The position numbers and the translations under genes were made by a program. This document shows, piece by piece, positions 10,911-22,420 of a stretch of 64,000 bases of DNA (its first letter is position 1; every line of letters begins with the position of its first letter). The notes beneath the pieces are model-generated. The model was not told the DNA's origin. It did no database searches and worked only from the letters and a program-made list of their open reading frames with translations. Where the stretch lies: assembly GCA_023432405.1 (NCBI GenBank), contig JAEYUQ010000010.1:39775-103774 (forward strand). The letters are read 5' to 3'. This DNA comes from Actinomycetes bacterium. Lineage in GTDB: Bacteria > Actinomycetota > Actinomycetes > Mycobacteriales > Mycobacteriaceae.

Positions 10911-11837
10911 TCAGCTTCCCTGTTCCATTCGCCGCAAAATAACTCCCTCTCGAAGCGCCCAGGGACATATTTTCACTGATTCCAGCTTCAGAGCACGCAT
11001 TGCAGCCTCAGCCACCAAAGCCCCGGCCACAATCTGGTGGGATCTATCGCTACTGACACCCTCCAGCTCTGCGCGGTCTGCCGCAGACATTCGTGAAATA
11101 AATGCAACCAGCTGACGCACACCCGGCGCAGTGAGTTCTCTGGTGACATACAGCCCAGCGGAGGACGGTGCTGCACCCGTCAGACGTGCCAGAGATCGGA
11201 ATGTCTTGGAGGTTCCCACCGCCAAGTCGGGTTTTCCGCACTCCAAAATCTGACGTGCCGGTTCTGCTAACTCGGCGTCAATGAAGTCCCGAAGCAGGTT
11301 CACTTTCTTACGTTCTGGGGGATCAGTGTCAAACCATTCATGGGTCAGCCGTCCTGCGCCTAAATCCAGTGACACCGCCAAATCTGGAAGCTCGTCTCCA
11401 CCCGTGGATATTTCGAGAGAGCCACCCCCAATATCCAGGTTTGTCAGATGTCCGACATGCCAGCCATACCAGCGTCTCACCGCCAGGAAAGTCAGGCTGG
11501 CTTCATCCACTCCAGAAAGTACTTCCAGGCGAACACCCGTCTCTTTCTCCACCTTGTCCAAGACCTCCGTGGAGTTCGTGGCGGAACGCACGGCCGAGGT
11601 GGCAAAGGCTTGAAGCTCGTCACATTTGAGCTTGTGCGCCAAATCTTTGGCCTCTGATACAGACTTCACCAGCTTCTTAATACCGACAGTGGAGATCCTG
11701 TCGTCTTTATCCACATAGTCAATCAGGCGGAGTGTTTCTTTCCAATCACTCATAGCAGTGGGACGACCACCGCGTTTAACGCTCACCACAACCAGGTGAA
11801 CCGTATTACTACCTACGTCTAGGACTCCTAATCTCAC
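10911..11837 (-). CDS. ppx: Ppx/GppA exopolyphosphatase
   Basis: [26 protein letters not shown] and ALREG motifs. Confidence 0.94.
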   Translation of the reverse strand: MRLGVLDVGSNTVHLVVVSVKRGGRPTAMSDWKETLRLIDYVDKDDRISTVGIKKLVKSVSEAKDLAHKLKCDELQAFATSAVRSATNSTEVLDKVEKETGVRLEVLSGVDEASLTFLAVRRWYGWHVGHLTNLDIGGGSLEISTGGDELPDLAVSLDLGAGRLTHEWFDTDPPERKKVNLLRDFIDAELAEPARQILECGKPDLAVGTSKTFRSLARLTGAAPSSAGLYVTRELTAPGVRQLVAFISRMSAADRAELEGVSSDRSHQIVAGALVAEAAMRALKLESVKICPWALREGVILRRMEQGS

Positions 11838-11869
11838 GGTTTCATGCTAGTCGGGATAGGCTGTGTGAG

Positions 11870-12799
11870 ATGAACAGATCAGGGAATTCTCAGCCCGTCC
11901 ACCTCGGATTTCCGCAGGATACTGCCGCTGCTGCTTCCATCCGGGCTGGCAGGGAAGTTCCACCGGATCACCCGCGCGAGTGGCTGGAGTTTACAGACCC
12001 CACCGATGAACTCCACCTTTTCAGTATTGATATCACCTGGTTGGAGTCCCACTGGAACTGCACCTTTGGTACCGCTGACTGCCCAGGAATTCAGCGCGAC
12101 GCCCCAGATGTGGGTTGCTGCCTTCACGGCGCCTTTCTGGCCGATGAGGAAGATAGACGCACCCTTGCCGACGCCGTGCAACGTATGCCCTCACAATTCT
12201 GGCAGCGCAGTGCGGAGGTTCTCCCCTTGACGACGTCCCCGGAAGGCAAGGTCCCTGACTCTGTGCCAGAGACTGGTCACGCCGAAACACTGCCCGACGG
12301 CAGCCCTGATCTCGAACCGTGGCTGGAGTGGGACGAGCTGGACGATGATGACGGTAACCCAGAGCCCGCCCTCAAAACGAAGGTGGTGGATGGCGCCTGT
12401 ATTTTCGCAAACCGATCCGGCTGGGCTACAGGGGCAGGGTGTGCTCTTCATCAGTGGGCAGTGTCCTGTGGGGAAAATCTCACGGTGGTAAAACCCGAGG
12501 TGTGCTGGCAGCTGCCTTTGCGCAGAATTGAACAGTATGAGCAGAGACCAGATGGCGTAGAAATTCTGCGCACTACCATCGGGGAGTATGACCGCCGCGG
12601 GTGGGGAAATGGCGGCGAAGATTTTGACTGGTACTGCTCAGCTGCCCCGGCCTGCCATACCGCTGCCCTCCCGGTGTGGCGTTCTCAGGAGGCAGAACTG
12701 CGCGCCCTCATGGGTGATGAATCCTACGAGTATCTCGCGCACTACTTGGCTCACCGCCCCGCGCCAGTGTTCTCCCACCCTGCAGAAACCCAACGCTAG
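11870..12799 (+). CDS. Conserved Cys-rich hypothetical protein (Rv0495c-like)
   Basis: GCCLHGA, GACIF, GCALH and KPEVCWQLP; divergent from ppx as in other Corynebacteriales. Confidence 0.8.
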   Translation: MNRSGNSQPVHLGFPQDTAAAASIRAGREVPPDHPREWLEFTDPTDELHLFSIDITWLESHWNCTFGTADCPGIQRDAPDVGCCLHGAFLADEEDRRTLADAVQRMPSQFWQRSAEVLPLTTSPEGKVPDSVPETGHAETLPDGSPDLEPWLEWDELDDDDGNPEPALKTKVVDGACIFANRSGWATGAGCALHQWAVSCGENLTVVKPEVCWQLPLRRIEQYEQRPDGVEILRTTIGEYDRRGWGNGGEDFDWYCSAAPACHTAALPVWRSQEAELRALMGDESYEYLAHYLAHRPAPVFSHPAETQR

Positions 12800-12921
12800 G
12801 GTGTGTTCGCCTTCAGCAACAGATTGCAGCTCATGTGCGGTTCAAGCTGAATTGTCCTCGTTCCTTCCGAACTGCGCTGGACGTATCCGCAGACGGTACC
12901 TTCTTTTCCGCACAGAGCACG

Positions 12922-13623
12922 CTAAAGCTCGTATTTGTACCCCAGGCCTCTCACCGTCACAATGTGCTGCGGTTTCTTGGGCACTTCCTCAATTTTGGAT
13001 CGCAACCTCTTGATATGAACGTCCAGAGTTTTCGTATCGCCTACGTAGTCCACGCCCCACACGTGGTCAATGAGCTGGTTTCGAGTCAGGACCCTGCCCA
13101 CATTACGTAGCAGATACTCCAGCAGATCGAATTCTTTGAGAGGCATGGAAACAAGCTCACCATTGACCGTGACTGTGTGACTTTGGACATCCATCAGGGC
13201 TCGCCCACCATCTAAAATGTCCGTGTTGTCGGACTCTGCCACTCCGGCGGGTTCCTCGGAGTCCTCGGCGCGACGAAGGACTGCACGGATTCGGGCTATG
13301 AGTTCACGGGAGGAGTATGGCTTCGTCACATAGTCATCTGCCCCCAACTCCAGGCCCACCACTTTGTCAATCTCACTATCCCGAGCAGTCACCATAATCA
13401 CTGGCACGGTGGAGGATTTTCGGATGTGTCTGCATACCTCAGTTCCTGACATTCCCGGAAGCATGAGATCCAGCAGAATAATATCGACGTCGTGAGTCTT
13501 GAACTTTTCCAGGGCAGTAGGCCCGTCTCCGGCAAGGATTACCTCAAAGTTTTCTTTCCGGAGTAGGAAAGCCAGAGGTTCAGCTAAAGACTCTTCATCC
13601 TCAACAAGGAGGATAGTTGTCAT
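12922..13623 (-). CDS. regX3: OmpR-family response regulator RegX3
   Basis: LLDLMLPG, GADDYVTKP, KTLDVHIKRLR; follows senX3. Confidence 0.92.
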   Translation of the reverse strand: MTTILLVEDEESLAEPLAFLLRKENFEVILAGDGPTALEKFKTHDVDIILLDLMLPGMSGTEVCRHIRKSSTVPVIMVTARDSEIDKVVGLELGADDYVTKPYSSRELIARIRAVLRRAEDSEEPAGVAESDNTDILDGGRALMDVQSHTVTVNGELVSMPLKEFDLLEYLLRNVGRVLTRNQLIDHVWGVDYVGDTKTLDVHIKRLRSKIEEVPKKPQHIVTVRGLGYKYEL

Positions 13624-14891
13624 GACGTCTTCTCCTTCCGCCGTGGGGTCACCCGTTCCACTGCCTTTGTCAGCGGACTGGTTGTATCTCTCTGCACACC
13701 GCTCCCGAAGAGGGATTTCTGCGCAGAAATCGCCTTCTGAGAGGATTCTTCAGCTCTAAGAATAGGTAACTCAATCGTAAACGTGGAACCTGTCCCCAGA
13801 CGTGACCACAGTTTGATGCTGCCTCCGTGATTAGCCACCACGTGTTTAACAATGGCAAGCCCTAAACCTGTGCCTCCTGTAGAGCGGGAACGTGCTTTGT
13901 CCACACGAAAGAAACGCTCAAATACTCGCTCCTGGTTTTCCCTACTGATACCCATTCCTCTGTCTGTCACACGAATCTGTACGGTCTGGGAATCAGGTAT
14001 TTTTTGGGTCACCGTAACCGGAAGTTCCTGGGTGGAGTAGTTAATGGCATTGGTGATGAGGTTACTCACAGCAGTCACCAACAAATTCTTATCTCCGTTG
14101 ACTATCACTCCCAGGCCTTTACCCTGCCGCAGAGGAATGTGAGCGGCTTCAGCCGCCACCTGATTGCGTGCAAAGGCCTCCGCAATAACCTCATCGACGC
14201 TCACAGGTTCCATCTCCGGCAAAGCTTCGGCACCCTGGAGCTTGGAAAGGGAAATGAGTTCAGAGATAAGGCTTCCCAGTCGGAGGGATTCCTTGTGGAG
14301 CTTTTCTCCAAAAACCCTCACCTGCTCTGGTTCATCCAGAGAGGAAAGAAGCGCCTCGGCCAGAAGAGACATTCCCCCCACTGGGGTTTTCAGTTCATGG
14401 GATACATTGGCCACAAAGTCATGGCGCGCAGCCTCAAGACGCGCATTCTCGGATTCATCGGTGCCATACGCCACGGCGAAGCGGCCGTCGAGAAGGCTAA
14501 GGGGTTGAACTACTGCCCGCACATAGGTGACTCGCTGTCCCCCGCGCGGGGTGATAGAGAGCTTGAGTTCATGCATCTCCATGTCCGAGAACACCTGCTG
14601 GGTTTCTTCCCAAAGCTCGGGGTGAAGATCGCGGTCATGCACCATAGATAGCTCATGGGCGCGCTGATTCGTGAGAATAATTCCCCCCAATTTGTCCACA
14701 ATCACTATTCCCGTGGGGGCACCCTGAATGGCCAGGTGAACCGCCTGAGACACGGTGGTAATGCGGTTGTGTGTAAGCTCCCCTCCCCGACGGCTCTTCA
14801 CATTGCGCACACGAAACCACACGGGCATGGCGATGAGAACCACCACCATGCCCGTCAGAAAACCACCAAGTCCGATGGCAACAGCAGACAC
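13620..14891 (-). CDS. senX3: Sensor histidine kinase SenX3
   Basis: SHELKTP H-box, NLITNAINYS N-box, DRGMG and GGTGLGL; downstream of gpmA. Confidence 0.92.
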   Translation of the reverse strand: MSAVAIGLGGFLTGMVVVLIAMPVWFRVRNVKSRRGGELTHNRITTVSQAVHLAIQGAPTGIVIVDKLGGIILTNQRAHELSMVHDRDLHPELWEETQQVFSDMEMHELKLSITPRGGQRVTYVRAVVQPLSLLDGRFAVAYGTDESENARLEAARHDFVANVSHELKTPVGGMSLLAEALLSSLDEPEQVRVFGEKLHKESLRLGSLISELISLSKLQGAEALPEMEPVSVDEVIAEAFARNQVAAEAAHIPLRQGKGLGVIVNGDKNLLVTAVSNLITNAINYSTQELPVTVTQKIPDSQTVQIRVTDRGMGISRENQERVFERFFRVDKARSRSTGGTGLGLAIVKHVVANHGGSIKLWSRLGTGSTFTIELPILRAEESSQKAISAQKSLFGSGVQRDTTSPLTKAVERVTPRRKEKTS

Positions 14892-14894
14892 GTC

Positions 14895-15641
14895 CTACTT
14901 GCCACCCTGTGCAGCAACAGCGGCAGCACCGGCGGCCGCAGCCTCCGGATCCAGATATGTACCACCTGGGTTGAGAACAGAACCGTCCTCAGCTATCTCG
15001 TACACCAGTGGGATTCCGGTGGGGATATTCAATCCGGCAATATCATCGTCTGAGATGTTGTCCAGATACTTCACCAATGCCCGCAGAGAGTTTCCATGAG
15101 CTGCAATCATGACGTTTTCGCCCCGCTTGGCATAGGGCAAAATGCTTTCCGTGAAATACGGAATCAGGCGTGTGACCACGTGAATTAACGCTTCAGTACG
15201 AGGGACTTCCACCAGGTTCTCATATCGGGGATCATGAACCTGAGAGAACTCGGAATCATCGTCTAGCTCGGGTGGCGGAGTGCTATAGGAACGGCGCCAC
15301 GCCATAAACTGCTCTTCCCCAAACTTTTCTTTCGTCTCTGCCTTATTTAATCCCTGCAAAGCCCCATAGTGACGCTCATTGAGCCGCCAGTTGCGCTCCA
15401 CAGGAATCCAGTGGCGATCAGCCGCAGTCAACGCGATATTGGCAGTACGGATAGCACGGCACAGCAAGGAGGTAAACAGCCGATCCGGCAAAATATCCTC
15501 TTGCTTGAGCAGCTCACCCCCGCGACGAGCCTCTGCCTCACCTTTTTCCGTAAGATTGACATCCACCCAGCCTGTGAACTGGTTGGAGGCATTCCACTCG
15601 CTTTGGCCATGCCGAAGCAAGATCAGTTTTCCTTGACTCAT
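14895..15641 (-). CDS. gpmA: 2,3-BPG-dependent phosphoglycerate mutase
   Basis: [16 protein letters not shown] and AHGNSLR motifs. Confidence 0.97.
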   Translation of the reverse strand: MSQGKLILLRHGQSEWNASNQFTGWVDVNLTEKGEAEARRGGELLKQEDILPDRLFTSLLCRAIRTANIALTAADRHWIPVERNWRLNERHYGALQGLNKAETKEKFGEEQFMAWRRSYSTPPPELDDDSEFSQVHDPRYENLVEVPRTEALIHVVTRLIPYFTESILPYAKRGENVMIAAHGNSLRALVKYLDNISDDDIAGLNIPTGIPLVYEIAEDGSVLNPGGTYLDPEAAAAGAAAVAAQGGK

Positions 15642-15709
15642 AGCTTCCAATATGCCACGTCATAGCCACTGGTGTGGAATGTTCCCCCCCCCTCCGCCCT
15701 GCTGGTGTT

Positions 15710-16975
15710 TTACCCCAGCGGCTTGCGGACGGTATCTCCCGGAACCTGAACACCTTTAAGAGAACAATAAATATCCACCAACTTGTCTGCAGTCTCCGCC
15801 CAGGAAAACTTGGCAGCGTGCTTCACCGCGTTGCGCCCCATCTCTTGACGCAGGTCATCGTGATCCAACAGTGTGGTCAGGGCGTCGGCCCAGTCAGAGG
15901 GATCATGAGTACCTACCAGAAGTCCGCTGACTCCCTCAGACACAGCAATGGGCAGCCCGCCGACGCGCGCGGCCACCACTGGGGTGCCAGAGGCCTGTGC
16001 CTCCACAGCCACCAGACCAAAGGATTCGTTGTACGAAGGCACTGCCACCACATCAGCGGCGCGATATATATCTACCAAATCCTGTGGCGGACGAGGCTTC
16101 AGGAAACGTACTCTCCGGCCCAAACCACGCTGCACAGCCATGTCCTGATAAAACTCTGGCGTGGCCGCCCGCCCTGAGGCTCCACCACAGATGAGAACCA
16201 CAAGCTTGCGCTGCGGGTTACGGCTGAGCAGCTCCGCCACGGCGTCGATAAGTACTTGTGGCCCCTTGTGCTGCTGGAGGCGCCCTACAAAGGCAATCAC
16301 CTTGGTGTGCAGTGGGATGCCTAACTCACGACGCGCGCGCTCAGTGGCACGTCCACTTCCGGGACTGAACAAAGCGGTATCTGCCCCAGGCTGAACCACA
16401 GAAATTTTCCCCACCTGGGCGTCATAGTGAACAAGCAAATCCTCCCGCTCCTGAACCGTATTCACTACTAAACGGTCAGCGTTATCCACCACCTGTTGCT
16501 CACAAATACGCCGAGCTTCACTCTCGGGGGTGTCATCCTCCGCCAGGTGGGAGTTTTTTGCGGCGGCCAAAGTATGCGCCGTATGAATCAACGGGATATG
16601 CCACAAATCACGAAGCAGCCACCCCACCTGCCCCGACAACCAGTAGTGCGAGTGAATGAAGTCGTAGTGAATTCCCTCACTAAACAGCAGAATCCCACCT
16701 GCAAAAGCCACCATTTGCGTGGGTAGGGATTCTTTTTCAAGACCTTCGTAGGGGCCAGCCACGATATTTATGACGCGCAGGTGCGGAGCCACCGTCACGA
16801 TCTCACCCTGACTTGCGCTGACAGCCCGGGTGAAAATATCCACATCAATTCCGCGTTCTGCCAGTTGCTGAGCAGTTTCCAGGACGTAAACATTCAATCC
16901 CCCAGCATCTCCACTGCCGGGCTGCTGAAGTGGCGAGGTGTGCATAGAAATCATGGCAATGCGCATGGTTTCCAT
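15710..16975 (-). CDS. mshA: D-inositol-3-phosphate glycosyltransferase
   Basis: [25 protein letters not shown] and [11 protein letters not shown] motifs; start uncertain (16966-16996). Confidence 0.95.
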   Translation of the reverse strand: METMRIAMISMHTSPLQQPGSGDAGGLNVYVLETAQQLAERGIDVDIFTRAVSASQGEIVTVAPHLRVINIVAGPYEGLEKESLPTQMVAFAGGILLFSEGIHYDFIHSHYWLSGQVGWLLRDLWHIPLIHTAHTLAAAKNSHLAEDDTPESEARRICEQQVVDNADRLVVNTVQEREDLLVHYDAQVGKISVVQPGADTALFSPGSGRATERARRELGIPLHTKVIAFVGRLQQHKGPQVLIDAVAELLSRNPQRKLVVLICGGASGRAATPEFYQDMAVQRGLGRRVRFLKPRPPQDLVDIYRAADVVAVPSYNESFGLVAVEAQASGTPVVAARVGGLPIAVSEGVSGLLVGTHDPSDWADALTTLLDHDDLRQEMGRNAVKHAAKFSWAETADKLVDIYCSLKGVQVPGDTVRKPLG

Positions 16976-17040
16976 CGTAGGTGCTAGTATCTCCACAGTA
17001 AGTTACGAGCCAGTAACCTACGCTTACGGAAAGGAAGACT

Positions 17041-18750
17041 ATGTCTGCTTTTGAGAGCAAAGAGTGGCTGAAGCATTACACCCCGTGGACCCCAGCCCAG
17101 TTGGATTACGGGGATGAAACGCTGTGCAGTATCTATCTCAAGAACCTGGAGCGCAATCCCACGTGGAACTCCACCAGTTTCTTTGGAGCAAAACTCACCT
17201 TTGCTGAGCTGGACAAAAAAGTCCGTTCCGTTGCTTCGGGGTTACGCGCCTTCGGAATTGGCCCTGGAGATACTGTGGCCATCATGCTGCCCAACTGCCC
17301 GCAGCACATCATCGCCTACCAGGCAGTGCTTGCACTGGGAGCCATCGTTGTGGAACACAACCCGCTCTACACGGCACATGAACTCACAATGCCTTTCCAA
17401 GATCACAAAGCAAAAGTGGCTATTGTCTGGGACAAAGCCGCCTCTATGGCGGAAGAACTGCGCCAAGTTTCCCCACTAGAGACCATCATCTCCGTCAACA
17501 TGATTGAGGCCATGCCTCGCTATATGCAGTTCGCACTGAAACTGCCCATCCCTAAGCTACGGGCACTGCGCAATGAGCTGAGCTCCCCGGCCCCAAGAAC
17601 CGTCCCCTGGAAACTCCTGGAATCAGATGTGCTGGGTGGAGACGGCAGAGATTTCGAACGCTACACAGACACAAAGCCCGATGACACCGCCTTCATTCTC
17701 TACACCTCAGGAACCACGGGAACCCCCAAAGGCGCCGAACTCACTCACGGCAGCCTCGTATCCCAGCTCATTATGGGGAAGAACTGGGTGAAAGACCTCG
17801 GCGCTCAGCCAGAGCGAATGCTGGGGGCTCTGCCGTTTTTCCATGCCTTTGGCCTCACCATGAATGCCACCTTGAGTTTTTATATAGGTGGGGAAATTAT
17901 CCTGCTACCCGCCCCCAAGATGGAATTAGTCATGGATGCCTTCAAGAAGGAGCATCCCACCTGGGTAGCGGCAGTTCCCCTGCTCTACCAGCGCATTGTG
18001 GAAGAGTCCAAGAAAAACAACACCAGCATTAAAGGGGTGCGAGCAGCGTTCTGCGGCGCCTCCACTCTTCCTGCATCCATTGTGCATGAATGGGAGCAGC
18101 TCACCGGCGGACATCTGATCGAAGGCTACGGCATGACCGAAGCCTCGCCGATCATTACCGGCAATCCGTTTAGCAACGATCGTCGCGAAGGCTATGTAGG
18201 AATTCCCTTCCCCGACACTGAAATCAAGGTGGTGGACCCGGATAACCCCAGCCAGATTGTGCCCGACGGAACCGAGGGCGAAATCCTCGTTCGAGGCCCA
18301 CAGGTGTTTAAGGGGTATCTCAACAACCCCGAAGCCACCGCTCAGAGCTTCGTGGACGGCTGGTACCGAACGGGCGATGTAGGAGTTATGGAGTCCGATG
18401 GCTTCATCCGCCTGGTGTCACGTATCAAGGAGCTCATTATCACCGGCGGATTCAATGTGTACCCCGGCGAGGTTGAAGAAGTCCTGCTCACCCATCCAGA
18501 TATTGACGAAGCCACCGTTGTGGGGCTGCCCCGCGAGGATGGCTCAGAGCGCGTTGTGGCAGCTGTGAACCTTCGCGACGGCGCTGTCTTGGATCCGGAA
18601 GGACTCAAAAACTTCGCCCGCAAGGAGCTGGCTCGGTATAAGGTGCCGCGGGCTTTCTACAACGTTGATGAGATGCCTCGAGACATGATGGGCAAAATTC
18701 AGCGGAGGGAAGTGCGTAACCTCATTATGGAGAAATTATCAGCCCAGTAA
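17041..18750 (+). CDS. Long-chain fatty-acid CoA ligase
   Basis: YTSGTTGTPKG AMP-binding motif, EGYGMTE, TGD and GKI. Confidence 0.93.
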   Translation: MSAFESKEWLKHYTPWTPAQLDYGDETLCSIYLKNLERNPTWNSTSFFGAKLTFAELDKKVRSVASGLRAFGIGPGDTVAIMLPNCPQHIIAYQAVLALGAIVVEHNPLYTAHELTMPFQDHKAKVAIVWDKAASMAEELRQVSPLETIISVNMIEAMPRYMQFALKLPIPKLRALRNELSSPAPRTVPWKLLESDVLGGDGRDFERYTDTKPDDTAFILYTSGTTGTPKGAELTHGSLVSQLIMGKNWVKDLGAQPERMLGALPFFHAFGLTMNATLSFYIGGEIILLPAPKMELVMDAFKKEHPTWVAAVPLLYQRIVEESKKNNTSIKGVRAAFCGASTLPASIVHEWEQLTGGHLIEGYGMTEASPIITGNPFSNDRREGYVGIPFPDTEIKVVDPDNPSQIVPDGTEGEILVRGPQVFKGYLNNPEATAQSFVDGWYRTGDVGVMESDGFIRLVSRIKELIITGGFNVYPGEVEEVLLTHPDIDEATVVGLPREDGSERVVAAVNLRDGAVLDPEGLKNFARKELARYKVPRAFYNVDEMPRDMMGKIQRREVRNLIMEKLSAQ

Positions 18751-18954
18751 CACTGCTGAGCGACGCTCCGGGGTGGTGAAACACTAAAGGGAACAGCGTT
18801 GCCCGAAGAGCCAAGGCTTCGGCATGGCCGGAGAGTGTAGGGTTCAACGTTATCCAAGCCTCTTGTGTCCAGGGTGGCCTGCGGCCCCTGTCCTCAGCGC
18901 CACCCGAAGCACTCAGGGCCCAGCGTGTTCCTCAAATCGCCCACCAGGAGTGCC

Positions 18955-20043
18955 CTAGTCCAGCGCAACCCCCACCCACACCGGCTCCGGCTGCAGAGTC
19001 ACCCCGAATTTCTCCCGCACTCCATCTCTGACAGTTTGCGCTAACTTAACGACGTCCCTTGTGGTTGCTGAACCACGATTCGTCAACGCCAAGGTGTGCT
19101 TGGTGCTCAGCCGTGCTGGGGCTCCCTCCCCTGGAAAACCCTTGGGAAACCCTGCCCTCTCAATCAACCACGCCGCCGACAGTTTGCTAAGGCCATCTCC
19201 CGCCGAAAAACGTGGCATTTTTTCCCCACCCGCAGTGGCAAACACGGCGTCGGCAAGGGTGTCTGAGACCACTGGATTAGTGAAAAACGAACCGGCTGAC
19301 CACGTATCATGATCCTCCGGATCCACCACCATCCCTTTGCCACGACGCAGTTCCAACACCTGCTGGCGCACCTGAGCCACCGGGAAGCGCTGATCCGGGT
19401 GCGTTGCGCCCAAGCGCCGCGCCAATTCTCCAAAGCGCAGAGGCGAAGATTCCCCACCCGGGCGCAGCTGTAACTCAATCTCCAGTACCACGGCTCGTTG
19501 AGTGAACTTCAGGTTGGAAAATCGGTACCCCAACTCCAATTCCCCCACTGGGAGCCAGCGTTCCACCCTTTCCTTGCGATCCCACACCCGCACCCGGGTG
19601 AGAACGCTACCCACCTCCGCACCGTAGGCACCAACGTTCTGGACAGGAGTAGCGCCAGCACTGCCTGGGATTCCCGAGAGGCACTCAATGCCCCCCAATC
19701 CTGCTTCCACACTGGCAGACACCACATCGTCCCAGGTAGCCCCGGCACTGGCTCGTACCAGCCCAGTGGAGACATCAATAGAAAAGCTGTCTTCTTCCAG
19801 AACTACGGCCACCACGTCCAGGTCATCGTCAGCAACCAGCAGATTGGAACCCCCACCTACGATGACCAGGGGGACGTGGGCGTCGTCCAGACGTGCTACA
19901 GCCTCGATAGCCGCAGAGCTGCTGGCACAATGAACAGTGGCTCGCGGGCGGCCTCCACAATGGAAAGTGGTGAGCTCAGAGAACGGACGGGCGTCGATAG
20001 TGAGATCTTCACGTGTAGGTAATAGGGTACTCACACCGTCCAC
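18955..20043 (-). CDS. murB: UDP-N-acetylenolpyruvoylglucosamine reductase
   Basis: GGGSNLL, GIPG..GATPVQNVGAYG, SAGSFFTNP and KHTLALTN motifs. Confidence 0.95.
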   Translation of the reverse strand: MDGVSTLLPTREDLTIDARPFSELTTFHCGGRPRATVHCASSSAAIEAVARLDDAHVPLVIVGGGSNLLVADDDLDVVAVVLEEDSFSIDVSTGLVRASAGATWDDVVSASVEAGLGGIECLSGIPGSAGATPVQNVGAYGAEVGSVLTRVRVWDRKERVERWLPVGELELGYRFSNLKFTQRAVVLEIELQLRPGGESSPLRFGELARRLGATHPDQRFPVAQVRQQVLELRRGKGMVVDPEDHDTWSAGSFFTNPVVSDTLADAVFATAGGEKMPRFSAGDGLSKLSAAWLIERAGFPKGFPGEGAPARLSTKHTLALTNRGSATTRDVVKLAQTVRDGVREKFGVTLQPEPVWVGVALD

Positions 20044-20058
20044 GGTAATCTAAGGGGC

Positions 20059-20562
20059 ATGACTACTCGCAGTGACAATACCGTAACCATTCAACAGCCG
20101 GTGGAGAAAGTTCATCAGGCTTTGACCAACGCCGATTTTTGGGCCTATGACGTAGCCACTCTAAGCCCCGAACCTGGGCAGGTTCACGAATTTACCGCTG
20201 AGAACGGTGGAGCCGTGGCCACCCTTTTCGAGGTCATGCCCCAGGAGCTGCTTCCGGAGGCCGTGCGAGCTATGGTGAGCCAGTCCTTGAAGGTCAAGCG
20301 AGTGGTGACTGTAGGCCCACTCCAGGACGGCAAGGCGCTTGTGGAGTACACCTCCGATGTCAAAGGCACCCCGGTGGATTTCCGTGGTGAGATCACCCTG
20401 AGCGGTGATGACACCCAAACCACGATGGCCTACGAGAACGAAGTGGACGTCAAAATCCCCTTCATGGGGCCGGCCATTGAGCCGAAGGTGGCCGAGGAAC
20501 TGGCGAAACTTTTCGACCAGGAAGGTGAACTCATGTCCACCTGGATTGCAGAAAACCTGTAG
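20059..20562 (+). CDS. DUF2505 family protein
   Basis: 167 aa with VKIPFMG; conserved position divergent from murB. Confidence 0.8.
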   Translation: MTTRSDNTVTIQQPVEKVHQALTNADFWAYDVATLSPEPGQVHEFTAENGGAVATLFEVMPQELLPEAVRAMVSQSLKVKRVVTVGPLQDGKALVEYTSDVKGTPVDFRGEITLSGDDTQTTMAYENEVDVKIPFMGPAIEPKVAEELAKLFDQEGELMSTWIAENL

Positions 20563-21279
20563 ATGAAAACCCCCACGCGAATTGTGGCGGTGGGAGTAGG
20601 GCTGGTGGTTTTGCTAGCTGCGGGTGGGGAATTTGGTGCGCGCTGGTACGCCAACCAAGAAACCCAGCAGCGCGTCCCCGCCTCTGTGGAAAACCCCCGG
20701 CTGAGTTTTCCCATCCCCTCGCTCCTTATCGACGCCGCGGATAGGACTATCTCTCACGTCACATTCAGCGCCGAGGGCGAGGTTCCTCTTGAGGCAGATA
20801 TCAAGGATTTGGATATTTCCGATTCTGCTAACCCCATAGCGGGACAGCTGGTGGCAACAGTTCACCTGTCCGACACCTACCTTCTTGCTGCTATCCAGCA
20901 GCAGCAGGAAAGCCGCGGCTTCAGTGGGCTTTTGGGAGATCTCACTCGGGTGACCAAGTACTCCAGCTCTGCTGCCACCGGAACCTCCACAGTAAGTTTT
21001 GGCAATAATACGGGGAGCCTGGACATTCGGCCTTCGGCCTCGGGTGGGGAATTTCATGTAGCCAGCACGGAGCTAACCGTGGGGGGACTCACTGTAGGAA
21101 ATACGATTGAGGATCTCATCGCCTCTGCGATTACTTCGATTCTCAATGAGAATCTCCAAAATTTTACTGTCACGTTCGTTGAGGTAGGAGACGGCATCAC
21201 CACGGTGACAGTGACCGCTCAGGGAATAAATCTCAACCAAAGCCTGACCTCCGATGTACTGAGTACCTCACATATATGA
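20563..21279 (+). CDS. LmeA/DUF2993-like membrane-anchored protein
   Basis: N-terminal TM followed by EFGARWY, beta-rich body; synteny. Confidence 0.65.
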   Translation: MKTPTRIVAVGVGLVVLLAAGGEFGARWYANQETQQRVPASVENPRLSFPIPSLLIDAADRTISHVTFSAEGEVPLEADIKDLDISDSANPIAGQLVATVHLSDTYLLAAIQQQQESRGFSGLLGDLTRVTKYSSSAATGTSTVSFGNNTGSLDIRPSASGGEFHVASTELTVGGLTVGNTIEDLIASAITSILNENLQNFTVTFVEVGDGITTVTVTAQGINLNQSLTSDVLSTSHI

Positions 21280-21442
21280 GCGCTTGGCTACCCTGAATGC
21301 CCGAACCATTGTGGGCCACCGACTACACCGGGCCTCTCAACTGGCGTTATGGGCCCCACATACATAAGCCTGAGTTTGTCCAGGCCGCATAGAGCGGGCG
21401 CAGGATGAAGCGGCGATTCCTGAGGTGTGAGCTACGCACCCA

Positions 21443-22003
21443 TCACTCCTCGCGCAGGTACACGATTCTCTCAGAAAGTGGCTGAGTACCTTCTCGCCTT
21501 ATCGACGCCGTTCCTCCGAGACCGTCCCCCTCACTCTGCGCACCAGCCTCTCCTCCCTCAGGGTCTGTCCCCGCGCCATCGACCCCAGACATAGTGTTCA
21601 CGCTTCCTACAGGGGCGTCCTCAATTATCCGCACCACCGGAATGGGGCTTTCAATTTTTCCCCACCCGGAGATCACAAAACCATCCACTCCCGACGCCGC
21701 TAAATACTTGAGGTTGTGGCGCTTCGGGTCTACACACAGAAGCAACCTCGCCGGGTGGGGAAGTGCTTCGCGGACGGCCACCGCTTCGGCCAGTACAGCA
21801 TTATCGTCAGCAGCGTCTGGATCGGGCATGAGCGCAATTTCTACGGCACCCATCTGGCACGCGAGCCGCGCTTCGGCAGCCTTCACAAGAGCGTGATGCC
21901 GACCATCAGGATAGCCAGCCGTCGAGGTACACCCCTCCACAACGCGGGTGGGCGGCAACCATAGGTGGGGAAAATTTTCCCCACCCGCCTCCTCGCCTAC
22001 CAT
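21443..22003 (-). CDS. Degenerate deoxyribose-phosphate aldolase-like protein
   Basis: GYPDGRHHALVKAAEARLACQMGAVEI resembles the DeoC N-terminal part, but no FVKTSTG motif; deoC syntenic position. Confidence 0.55.
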   Translation of the reverse strand: MVGEEAGGENFPHLWLPPTRVVEGCTSTAGYPDGRHHALVKAAEARLACQMGAVEIALMPDPDAADDNAVLAEAVAVREALPHPARLLLCVDPKRHNLKYLAASGVDGFVISGWGKIESPIPVVRIIEDAPVGSVNTMSGVDGAGTDPEGGEAGAQSEGDGLGGTASIRREGTQPLSERIVYLREE

Positions 22004-22302
22004 TCCCCACGCAGAATTCGGTTAAGCTGCGGCCGCACATCCCACCAGTACAGGCCGATAATTACCATACCTATCCAGTTAATAAAGGGCAGCTGCATGG
22101 ACACTACTATTGCTGAACCAATGAGCATGGCAACCCACGCTATTTTGGATTGTCGATCCCCTGCCCGGAAGGCGTCCTCCCGTGTGGTGGTAGCCAGGAT
22201 TGCACCTATCAGCCCAAACAGCCCAATCACAAGTTGAAGAGCAAAGAGTACCCACCCTATATAGAAACTAATTAGATCCACGGCTGGGCTCCTCATCCTC
22301 AT
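21997..22302 (-). CDS. DUF2516 family membrane protein
   Basis: TREDAFRAGDRQSK..W and GLYWWDVRP. Confidence 0.85.
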   Translation of the reverse strand: MRMRSPAVDLISFYIGWVLFALQLVIGLFGLIGAILATTTREDAFRAGDRQSKIAWVAMLIGSAIVVSMQLPFINWIGMVIIGLYWWDVRPQLNRILRGEW

Positions 22303-22420
22303 AAGTGACGGACAGCACTTCTCCCTCAACAACAACGGGATCTTCCTGATGCCATCCGGCGATGAACTCTCTCTTGATATCGGAGAGTACAGTACGAATC
22401 TTCTTCAACACGATGTACCT

